Below are positions 1 through 5,472 of a DNA stretch of 6,583 bases, piece after piece. The stretch covers positions 1-6,583 of IMG/VR virus record IMGVR_UViG_3300033054_000013; one strand, written 5' to 3'. The DNA comes from a virus. A model generated the notes under the pieces. The model was given only the letters and a program-made list of their open reading frames with translations. It ran no database searches and was not told where the DNA came from. The position numbers were made by a program, and so were the translations under genes. How positions within the stretch are numbered: position 1 is the stretch's first letter; every line of letters starts with the position of its first letter.

Positions 1-239
1 ACTCAACCGCTGGCGTATCTGCGCGCCGCCTACAACGTGTGCGAAGCGATCCCGGCCAACTGCGCCGACCGCATCCGCACGGTCAAGGCCAAGGTCGAGG
101 CCAACGCGATGGCGTGGGCCCGCTGGATGAACACCCAAGTCGGCGCATCCGTCCGGCTTCTTTTCTCTGCCATGGGACGCGAGCAAGCCTCGGAGTTCTT
201 GCAGGACTGCATCGCCCGCGAAGGTGTGCCAGGGCGATT
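1..239. repeat. Terminal redundancy, copy A. Exact direct repeat of 6345-6583, consistent with circular-genome wrap-around.
   Basis: Compared block by block by eye and found identical over 239 nt. The ORF track shows the same minus-strand peptide at 30..254 and 6374..6556. Confidence 0.97.
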
Positions 240-327
240 CAAGGGCATCAGCACGGCACACCTAAATCAGTTCATCAATGAGGCCTTCAATGTTGGCCGC
301 CGCGATCCGGTGGGCGCTCTGGCTTGA
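1..327 (+). CDS. Replication initiation protein, C-terminal part. 5'-truncated by the window start; same gene as 5469..6583.
   Basis: Frame 1 is open from nt 1 (TQPLAYLRAAYNVCEAIPANC...) to TGA at 325-327. It continues the frame that runs off the window end through the repeat. Confidence 0.9.
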   Translation, partial: TQPLAYLRAAYNVCEAIPANCADRIRTVKAKVEANAMAWARWMNTQVGASVRLLFSAMGREQASEFLQDCIAREGVPGRFKGISTAHLNQFINEAFNVGRRDPVGALA

Positions 328-359
328 GCGTGACCGCCATAACCGAGAGGAAACAAGCC

Positions 360-605
360 ATGTTCATTGAAATCAAGAAGCAGGAAGGCAAGAACCCCCG
401 CGCGTATAAGGGCGAGATGTACGTCGAGCAGGAAGCCGCGTTGTTCGCGGAGGGCTCTGCGTATCCGTTGCCTTTCAGGCTCAACCGCAAGCAATCGGAC
501 CTGTTTCCGGCGGGGCGCTACCAGTTCGACCGCGACAGTTTCAGCACGGACGAACACGGCAACTTGCGGCTCGGCCGCGTGAAGCTCGTCCAGGTCAAGG
601 CGTAA
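360..605 (+). CDS. Probable ssDNA-binding protein (gpV-like), 81 aa.
   Basis: ATG at 360 is preceded by GAGAGGAAA (345-353). I prefer it to the track's TTG at 324. It lies immediately downstream of rep, as gene V does in Ff-type genomes, and is close in size to the 87 aa of Ff gpV. The protein MFIEIKKQEGKNPRAYKGEMYVEQ... is basic and aromatic-rich. Function is inferred from position and size only. Confidence 0.6.
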   Translation: MFIEIKKQEGKNPRAYKGEMYVEQEAALFAEGSAYPLPFRLNRKQSDLFPAGRYQFDRDSFSTDEHGNLRLGRVKLVQVKA

Positions 606-608
606 CCC

Positions 609-815
609 ATGGCCGGGGCGGTCTGGACACAGCGCTGCGATGAATCCGCGTTCGACACGGCAACGCAGACCTGCGCCGCCCCGTACTGGTCGGCAGAGAC
701 AACGGTTCCCACCCTGACCATGGACGACGCCAAGCTGCTTTTCGTGGCTTGCGCGACGCTCTGGGCGCTGGCGTGGGGGCTCAAGAAATTGCGCCAATTC
801 GCAGAGACGATGTAG
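609..815 (+). CDS. Small membrane protein, 68 aa; candidate minor coat or morphogenesis protein.
   Basis: ATG lies 3 nt after the upstream TAA. The C-terminus has a hydrophobic segment then a basic tail (LLFVACATLWALAWGLKKLRQF). It occupies the slot of gVII/gIX in Ff. An alternative internal ATG at 720 would give a 31-aa product. Confidence 0.5.
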   Translation: MAGAVWTQRCDESAFDTATQTCAAPYWSAETTVPTLTMDDAKLLFVACATLWALAWGLKKLRQFAETM

Positions 816-861
816 CGCAATCCACCGGGCATTCCGCCCACCACAACGCAAGGAGAAAGAC

Positions 862-1059
862 ATGAACCGTTTCGCAAAGGGGGCCGCTGGCCTCGCGCTG
901 TTCTCGATGGCCGCTGCCGCCTCGGCCGCTGCCCCGGACGTGACTGCCGCTGTGACCGAGATCGAAGGCATGGCCGGCCCGGTCGGCCTGATCGGCGGCG
1001 CTTCGCTGCTGATCGCGGTCGGCATCAAGATCTGGAAGCGCCTCCGCGGCGTGGCGTAA
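862..1059 (+). CDS. Major coat protein precursor (pVIII-like), 65 aa.
   Basis: Strong SD AAGGAGA (850-856) sits 5 nt before the ATG. The signal peptide is MNRFAKGAAGLALFSMAAAASA. The mature part has an acidic N-terminus (PDVTAAVTEIEG), a hydrophobic core (PVGLIGGASLLIAVGI) and a basic C-terminus (KIWKRLRGVA). This is the canonical inovirus coat architecture. Confidence 0.85.
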   Translation: MNRFAKGAAGLALFSMAAAASAAAPDVTAAVTEIEGMAGPVGLIGGASLLIAVGIKIWKRLRGVA

Positions 1060-1072
1060 CCCTGCAACAGCC

Positions 1073-1092
1073 CCGGCCCCCTCGGGGGCCGG
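1073..1092 (+). terminator. GC-rich stem-loop just after the coat gene; candidate terminator or attenuator.
   Basis: CCGGCCCC (1073-1080) pairs with GGGGCCGG (1085-1092) around loop CTCG. The downstream T-tract is weak (GGTGGTCTAT). In Ff a terminator follows gVIII at the same position. Confidence 0.5.
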
Positions 1093-1113
1093 TGGTCTAT
1101 CGGAGCCTGTCGC

Positions 1114-1176
1114 ATGTTCTCGTTGCTCGTCCTGTTCGCCGGCCTTGTCGCCTTGGGAATCCTGTTCAGTGACTAA
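1114..1176 (+). CDS. Hydrophobic micro-ORF, 20 aa (MFSLLVLFAGLVALGILFSD).
   Basis: It is below the ORF-track size cutoff. GGAG (1102-1105) lies 8 nt before ATG 1114. Its TAA (1174-1176) overlaps the GTG at 1169 of the adsorption-protein frame. Confidence 0.35.
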   Translation: MFSLLVLFAGLVALGILFSD

Positions 1177-2779
1177 CGTCGGCCGCATCTTCGCCAACGC
1201 TCTTGTGCGCCGCGTCGCCTACGTCCTCGTTGCGCTGCTTCTTGCGTGGGCCGGCATCGGCAAGGCGCACGCCACCAAATGCGGCCTGCCTAATCTTTAT
1301 GCCGAGATGGGCGTTCCGCCCGCATCCGGCGCAACGCTCCCAGACTTGGGCGCCGCTGCTGCACGATGCGGGCAGCTTCCATCGTTCATGACACGTGACC
1401 CGATGGGTGGTGGCTGGTACTCCACCGTCCATTTGATCGGGTGCGAGAAGCGCGCCGATTCAAACACTATCGATGCGGTCTTTGCGAATGGCCCATGGGT
1501 GACGGACGGGGTTTGTAATCAGGGATCGCCGGATGCGACCCGTCAAAAGCTGGCCACATGGTTCGCGTCGGCCGCGTGTCCGAACGGTGGCACGTGGGAC
1601 GCTGCCCAGGGCAAGTGTACGTCGGCCTGCGAATCGGGCGCGGCGCTTGGCGTTACATCGTCCGTTAACTTTCAGCAGGTCACGTGTACCAGCACCTCGT
1701 CGGGCGCGGAATGCGAAGCCCTTGCGCTCGTCACGCCGAGCCAGCAGCCATTTGCAGGCTATGTTCAGTGGTTCGCCACGGGCGATTCGTGCGACAAGGA
1801 CGATTACACGTGTCCCACTGGGTATTTCAAGGACACGAATGGGCACTGCACCAAATCCCCTGTTTGCCCGGAAGGCGTGCCGCTAGATCCCGAGACCGGT
1901 AAATGTGCGGATCAGAAGGAATGTCCAGCCGGTACGCTTCGGGATTTCGTGTCGGGCGCGTGCAAACCCGATCCGAACAATATTTGCAAGCCGGGGCAGA
2001 TCAAGGGGCCGGACGGACTCTGCATCGATGACGGCGAGGGCGGCTCGTGTAAAGCGGGCACGGTCAAGGGTAGCGATGGCACCTGTAAGCCCGACGAAAA
2101 CGGCGACGGCGAGCCCGACGGCGAGGAAACGAATAAAGCGGAGGACAGCGCACGCTGCGATAAGCCCCCGGTTTGCTCGGGAGATCAGATCATGTGCCTG
2201 CACGCAAAGCAGCTATGGCGCGTTGACTGCAACACGCGTCGCAATGCGAACGTCGATCTGGACGCCTATTGCAAGCGCCCACCGATCTGCGAACAGGTCG
2301 CTTTGGGTGATGACAACCGCACGGCGGGCTGCACGCGGCAAGAGGAAGCCTCGTTGTTCCTGCAATGGAAGACGATGTGTGCCGTCCAGGCGCTTGGGGA
2401 AAAGGACGGCAGCAGCGATGCCACGGGCGACGCTAACAAAAACGGCGTTGCGGATTGGTGGGAAAATGTCATTGGGGATGGCACCGGCGACCCGAACACG
2501 GTGGACGCCTATTTGCCGGAGGACGGCAATCCCGGGACAGGGGAGGGCGGTTCCGGTGTCGTCCGAGAGGGGCAGGAGTTCGGGTTGTCTGGACTCGATC
2601 AAACGGGCCTCGGCCTCTCGCGTTCCTGTCCCAACATTCCCAGCGTCGATATTTACGGCAAGGTCATTAGCTTCGACCTTGGGCCAGCGTGTGACCTGTT
2701 CAACGCGTTCGGCTATGTCCTTCTCCTGATGACCGCTTTGTTCTGCCTGCGGATCATCGTTCCCCCCGGTGGTGTCTGA
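1169..2779 (+). CDS. Adsorption / minor coat protein (pIII-like), 536 aa from GTG 1169.
   Basis: It is the largest ORF and lies between the coat gene and the pVI/pI-like genes. The N-terminal signal peptide is ...RRVAYVLVALLLAWAGIGKAHA. The body is Cys-rich with repeated modules, Gly/Asp/Glu-rich linkers (KPDENGDGEPDGEE; GDGTGDPN...GTGEGGSG) and a C-terminal membrane anchor (FGYVLLLMTALFCLRIIV). The start is ambiguous: TTG 1145 (track), GTG 1169 (coupled to the micro-ORF) or GTG 1205. Confidence 0.75.
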   Translation: MTNVGRIFANALVRRVAYVLVALLLAWAGIGKAHATKCGLPNLYAEMGVPPASGATLPDLGAAAARCGQLPSFMTRDPMGGGWYSTVHLIGCEKRADSNTIDAVFANGPWVTDGVCNQGSPDATRQKLATWFASAACPNGGTWDAAQGKCTSACESGAALGVTSSVNFQQVTCTSTSSGAECEALALVTPSQQPFAGYVQWFATGDSCDKDDYTCPTGYFKDTNGHCTKSPVCPEGVPLDPETGKCADQKECPAGTLRDFVSGACKPDPNNICKPGQIKGPDGLCIDDGEGGSCKAGTVKGSDGTCKPDENGDGEPDGEETNKAEDSARCDKPPVCSGDQIMCLHAKQLWRVDCNTRRNANVDLDAYCKRPPICEQVALGDDNRTAGCTRQEEASLFLQWKTMCAVQALGEKDGSSDATGDANKNGVADWWENVIGDGTGDPNTVDAYLPEDGNPGTGEGGSGVVREGQEFGLSGLDQTGLGLSRSCPNIPSVDIYGKVISFDLGPACDLFNAFGYVLLLMTALFCLRIIVPPGGV

Positions 2780-3153
2780 TGGCCTTCCAAATCCCGCTGG
2801 CGGTCGGTGCGCCGCTGCTTACCCGTGCGTTCCATTGGCTGATGGGGCCTTTCATGGGCGCATTGATCTATGCGGCCAAGACGCGCATCGGGCTCATTGT
2901 CATGTCGGCGCTGGTGTGGCTGGGCATCAATTTTTCGACCATGAATTTGGTCATCGACCCCATTCTTGACGCGCTGCGCGGGTTCACGACCAACTCGTTC
3001 GGCGGCAATCAATACGGGCAGATCATGTCGCAGTTCGCCGGCATCCTTCAGGTGGATCGGTGCATCACCATGATTATCAGTGCCTACGTTACCCGCATCG
3101 CGCTGACCAAAGGACGCATGTTCCTTTGGAAGCGTGCAGCACCCGGAGCCTAA
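2779..3153 (+). CDS. pVI-like minor coat / membrane protein, 124 aa.
   Basis: The ATG overlaps the upstream TGA (TGATG). It has multiple hydrophobic segments (PLAVGAPLL, GPFMGALIYA, IGLIVMSALVWLGINF). Its size and position between the pIII-like and pI-like genes match Ff gVI (112 aa). Confidence 0.6.
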   Translation: MAFQIPLAVGAPLLTRAFHWLMGPFMGALIYAAKTRIGLIVMSALVWLGINFSTMNLVIDPILDALRGFTTNSFGGNQYGQIMSQFAGILQVDRCITMIISAYVTRIALTKGRMFLWKRAAPGA

Positions 3154-3156
3154 CCC

Positions 3157-4356
3157 GTGCCTATCACCCTGCTCACCGGCAAGCCGCGCAACGGCAAGAC
3201 CCTGCGGATGATGTATCTGTTGCGGCAGGCGGGCCGCGACGCCAAGCGCCCCGTTTTCGCGTCCGGTATCGACGGCCTTTCGCCGGGGCTCGCCGCAGAG
3301 ATTGCCGATCCGCGCACGTGGAACGATATAGACCCCAACGGCACCCCGGAATGTGATTGCGACGCGGCACCGGGTCTGCATGCCCACGTCCTGCCCAACG
3401 GTGCGATCTGGTTTGTCGATGAGGTCTGGAAGTGGTTCGGTCATCTGCATAACGCGGGCCGGCAGGCGACGCCTGGACACGTTCTCGCCTTAGCCGAACA
3501 CGGGCACCGCGGCATCGATATGGTGTGGACCACCCAAGACCCGGCGCAGGTGTACCCGTTTGCCCGGAAGCTCATTCAAGAGCACACCCATTGCGTCCGC
3601 ATCATGGGCGCGCAAGCCTGCACGCTTCATCAGTGGCCAGAATTGAACGAGGACGTCGATTCTAAGGCCCAGCGGGGGCATGCGGTCTCGACGCCATGGC
3701 CGTACCCTAAAGACCTGTACGGCCTTTACAAGTCGGCCAGTGAGCATACCGTCAAGTTCAAGCTCGACCGGCGTATTCCGATTCTCGCCGGCATGGTGCT
3801 GGCGATCGCGGGGCTTTTCTATGGCGCGCTGGCCTACATGCGGCCTGACGGCGACCCACCGGCATCGGACGTTTCCGCAGCGTCGGATGCGCCGGCAGGC
3901 GCATCGACGCGAAGCACGCCCGCACCGGATGCGCCGGCCTCCGCCTTTGAGTACGCGCAGAAGCATATCCCCCGATTCCCGACCATGCCGGAAACCGCAC
4001 CGGTCTATGACCATCGGGAGGTCGTTTCCGCGCCGGAGGTCTATTGCATGGCGAGCGAGGCAGGGGAGGCGGCTGACGGCTGGCGGGAGGCGTCCGTGAC
4101 CTGTCTCACGGAGCAAGGCACCGTTTATGAGCTTCCCTCCCATGAGGCGCGACGTCTGGCTCGCTACGGACGGCCGTACAACGCGTACAAGCAAGCCCCC
4201 CAGGTCAACGGCCCCATTGCGTCGGGGGCTGCGCCTATGGCGCAGGGTGGGGGCTTCGCCCCCACGGCAGACGCTTTACCCGGTGCGATTCTTCGAGCGC
4301 AGCAAGTGACCGGTTATGGCCAGTTCCGCCCCGGCAACGCCCGATCCGCCCCCTGA
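3157..4356 (+). CDS. Zot / pI-family assembly NTPase, 399 aa.
   Basis: GTG at 3157 follows GGAG (3145-3148) by 8 nt. Walker A is GKPRNGKT (3178-3201) and Walker B is IWFVDEV (3406-3426). A single TM segment (ILAGMVLAIAGLFYGALAY) is followed by an Ala/Pro/Ser-rich linker and a C-terminal domain. This is the layout of Zot-family (PF05707, from memory) inovirus pI proteins. Confidence 0.92.
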   Translation: MPITLLTGKPRNGKTLRMMYLLRQAGRDAKRPVFASGIDGLSPGLAAEIADPRTWNDIDPNGTPECDCDAAPGLHAHVLPNGAIWFVDEVWKWFGHLHNAGRQATPGHVLALAEHGHRGIDMVWTTQDPAQVYPFARKLIQEHTHCVRIMGAQACTLHQWPELNEDVDSKAQRGHAVSTPWPYPKDLYGLYKSASEHTVKFKLDRRIPILAGMVLAIAGLFYGALAYMRPDGDPPASDVSAASDAPAGASTRSTPAPDAPASAFEYAQKHIPRFPTMPETAPVYDHREVVSAPEVYCMASEAGEAADGWREASVTCLTEQGTVYELPSHEARRLARYGRPYNAYKQAPQVNGPIASGAAPMAQGGGFAPTADALPGAILRAQQVTGYGQFRPGNARSAP

Positions 4357-4572
4357 AAACCGCTGTTGCTCTAGGTCGATCACCAGCACGCGGACGACCT
4401 GTCGCGGCTTCATGGCCTCACGGCGGCTTCGCAGGCCCGCCAGTCGCAGTTCTTGCGCGTCGCGCCACAGCAGCCCTTCCAGCCGCTCGCGGGTGAGGTA
4501 TTGCCGATCCGGAGAGACAAGGAAGTTTCCTCGGAGCCGCCATCCGTACCATTCGCCGTCAAAGTCGAGCAT
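4276..4572 (-). CDS. Small phage protein, 98 aa, resembling DUF3653-type proteins of filamentous prophages.
   Basis: ATG (complement of 4570-4572) is preceded by GAGGGGGGA. The protein begins MLDFDGEWYGWRLRGNFLVSPDRQYLTRERLEGLLWRDAQELRLAGL... The W-x-G-W/F-R-x-R-G-x-x-L-V-S/T-P pattern matches my memory of DUF3653 (PF12375). The upstream 103 codons of the track ORF are Arg/Pro-rich and cross a hairpin, so I excluded them. Confidence 0.55.
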   Translation of the reverse strand: MLDFDGEWYGWRLRGNFLVSPDRQYLTRERLEGLLWRDAQELRLAGLRSRREAMKPRQVVRVLVIDLEQQRFSGGGSGVAGAELAITGHLLRSKNRTG

Positions 4573-4597
4573 TGATCCCCCCTCGGGATAACGAAGA

Positions 4598-4619
4598 AGC
4601 CCCGGACTGTGCCGGGGCT
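4598..4619. terminator. Stem-loop between the repressor stop and the DUF3653-like start; possible bidirectional terminator.
   Basis: AGCCCCGG (4598-4605) pairs with CCGGGGCT (4612-4619) around a 6-nt loop. On the minus strand it is followed by TCTTCGTTAT. On the plus strand it is followed by CACGGTTTTC. Confidence 0.45.
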
Positions 4620-4627
4620 CACGGTTT

Positions 4628-5044
4628 TCAGGCAGGCGAAAAGGTCGCCCTTGACGGAATCGCCGGCCTCGGGGCCAGCCAACGCCGGAGAACATAATAG
4701 GCATTGCCGGCGAATTTCCCGGCCGAAACAGCCGCTTGCGATGTGAGCGGAAGGGCGGCGACCACGGCCAGAACCGCCGCCGTTGAAAGCTGCTTTGCGA
4801 TGCGGGCCCATGCCCGTGCTGCCTCGCCCTTGGCTTGTTCAGACATGGCCCGCGCTGCCCATGCCGCGGGGCTCTGGCCAAGTTCCTTCGCCAGTCGTTC
4901 GATCACGTCCGCGTCCGCGTTCCTGCCGCTTTTCCAGAGCGATACCGCGCCACGGGTCACGCCCAGGGCGATGGCTCCAGCGTTGTCGGACTTGTGCCCC
5001 TTGGCGGCCTTCCACTGAGAAAAAAGCTCATAGGTGCTCGACAC
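4628..5044 (-). CDS. HTH (Cro/CI/XRE-like) phage repressor, 138 aa from GTG.
   Basis: GTG (complement of 5042-5044) lies 7 nt after AAGAGGA. The helix-turn-helix is SDNAGAIALGVTRGAVSLWKSGR (4922-4990). The gene is divergent from the rep operon. The track's N-terminal extension to 5161 runs through the promoter region and was rejected. It resembles the DUF3693-type immunity regulators of RSS-like phages (from memory). Confidence 0.75.
   Translation of the reverse strand: MSSTYELFSQWKAAKGHKSDNAGAIALGVTRGAVSLWKSGRNADADVIERLAKELGQSPAAWAARAMSEQAKGEAARAWARIAKQLSTAAVLAVVAALPLTSQAAVSAGKFAGNAYYVLRRWLAPRPAIPSRATFSPA
4683..4712. other. AT-rich island flanked by a 6-bp inverted repeat; candidate dif-like attP.
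   Basis: CGCCGG-agaacataataggcattg-CCGGCG. The GAGAACATAA/TAGGCA part is partly similar to the XerC arm and central region of dif. The other arm is not recognisable. Confidence 0.25.
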
Positions 5045-5056
5045 GTCGATATCCTC

Positions 5057-5086
5057 TTGACATAGCCTGTCGTGGCCCACTATACA
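5057..5086 (+). promoter_or_regulatory. Sigma70-like rightward promoter for the small-ORF/rep operon.
   Basis: TTGACA (5057-5062), an 18-nt spacer, then TATACA (5081-5086). A back-to-back minus-strand -10, TATAGT (complement of 5079-5084), could serve the repressor gene. Confidence 0.5.
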
Positions 5087-5100
5087 TGCGCCTGTGTTTA

Positions 5101-5117
5101 GCAGTGCTAGACACTGC
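5101..5117. promoter_or_regulatory. Palindromic operator candidate (6-5-6).
   Basis: GCAGTG-ctaga-CACTGC has perfect 6-bp arms. It lies just downstream of the rightward promoter and over the -35 region of the putative leftward promoter. Confidence 0.35.
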
Positions 5118-5122
5118 CCCGC

Positions 5123-5149
5123 GCCCCGGCCGCCCTGCCGGGCCGGGGC
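5123..5149 (+). promoter_or_regulatory. GC-rich leader hairpin; attenuator or ssDNA structural element.
   Basis: GCCCCGGCC (5123-5131) pairs with GGCCGGGGC (5141-5149) and is followed by TTTC. The loop CCCTGCC (5133-5139) can alternatively pair with GGCAGGG (5164-5170), next to the downstream SD. Confidence 0.4.
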
Positions 5150-5179
5150 TTTCAAGGGCACAGGGCAGGGGAAGCGAGC

Positions 5180-5287
5180 ATGTCGGGAATCGCATTCGCA
5201 TTCATCGCGCTGGTCTGCATCGCAGGCTACGCGTTATCCCTCGTCGTCATCGGGACGGCGCGGCTCGCCAAGGGCGGCCCGCTGTGA
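5180..5287 (+). CDS. Small membrane protein, 35 aa (MSGIAFAFIALVCIAGYALSLVVIGTARLAKGGPL).
   Basis: It is below the ORF-track cutoff. GGGGAAG lies upstream of ATG 5180. It has a single TM-like segment. Its TGA overlaps the GTG of the next ORF (GTGA). Confidence 0.45.
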   Translation: MSGIAFAFIALVCIAGYALSLVVIGTARLAKGGPL

Positions 5288-5472
5288 ACCTCCAGGACTG
5301 GCACAACGTCGTCTCCGCTGCGGCCATCTTCGTCCTTGGCCTGAATTCATGGCTGATCACCCGGGAGCTTGAGCGGACCCGCGAGCGGCATGCCGCGCTG
5401 ACACGCCGTGTATGGGTGCTGGAAGGGAGCCCCGAGTGCGAGTGCTGCAAGCGAGCCGAGGCCACGGCATGA
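5284..5472 (+). CDS. Small protein, 62 aa, with an N-terminal hydrophobic segment, a charged helix and a CECC motif.
   Basis: GTG 5284 overlaps the upstream stop. Its own TGA overlaps the rep ATG (ATGA). The sequence is VNLQDWHNVVSAAAIFVLGLNSWLITRELERTRERHAALTRRVWVLEGSPECECCKRAEATA. The rest of track ORF 4783..5472 is antisense to the repressor gene and was rejected. Confidence 0.5.
   Translation: MNLQDWHNVVSAAAIFVLGLNSWLITRELERTRERHAALTRRVWVLEGSPECECCKRAEATA

Noticed and set aside
1-239. Terminal direct repeat as LTR, IS end, att duplication or target-site duplication.
   Set aside because: It is exact and direct, with no inverted component. It lies mid-gene, and joining the ends restores one intact rep frame. 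Circular wrap-around is the simpler explanation.
109-327. Possible pX-like internal product of rep, from in-frame ATG 109 with GAGG 8 nt upstream (second copy at 6453).
   Set aside because: It is plausible by analogy with Ff gene X. One SD-like tetramer in GC-rich coding DNA is weak evidence, so I did not call it as a feature.
324-359. TTG starts proposed by the track for the ssDNA-binding gene (324) and the adsorption gene (1145).
   Set aside because: Neither has an SD. Downstream ATG 360 (good SD) and GTG 1169 (coupled) or GTG 1205 give more conventional N-termini. The adsorption-gene start remains uncertain.
267-1115. 282-aa minus-strand ORF, the longest on that strand in the left part.
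   Set aside because: It is antisense to the ssDNA-binding, small membrane and coat genes. Its Arg/Pro/Ala/Gly-rich composition is typical of off-frame ORFs in GC-rich DNA. It has no SD and no recognisable motif.
1905-2729. 274-aa plus-strand ORF overlapping the adsorption gene in another frame.
   Set aside because: It is extremely Arg/Ala/Ser/Thr-rich and low-complexity. It lies entirely inside a gene with a clear signal peptide, Cys repeats and an anchor.
2713-4194. Minus-strand ORFs 2713..3480 (255 aa) and 3490..4194 (234 aa).
   Set aside because: They are antisense to the pVI-like and Zot-like genes, which carry Walker A/B motifs. Their composition is Arg-rich and I found no motifs.
3793-4356. 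Possible pXI-like internal start in the Zot/pI gene, from in-frame ATG 3793 immediately before the TM segment.
   Set aside because: There is no SD-like sequence upstream. The idea rests on analogy only.
4316-4591. 91-aa plus-strand ORF downstream of the Zot-like gene.
   Set aside because: It is Arg/Ser/Pro-rich and low-complexity, and antisense to the better-looking DUF3653-like ORF, which has its own strong SD.
5045-5161. N-terminal 39-codon extension of the repressor ORF (track start at 5161).
   Set aside because: It would place coding sequence over the divergent promoter region. GTG at 5044 has a strong AAGAGGA SD at 7-nt spacing, and the HTH domain starts right after it.
4783-5283. The upstream 167 codons of the 229-aa plus-strand ORF 4783..5472.
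   Set aside because: This stretch is antisense to the HTH repressor gene and reads through the promoter, operator and hairpin region with Arg/Pro-rich sequence. I kept only the last 62 codons, from GTG 5284.
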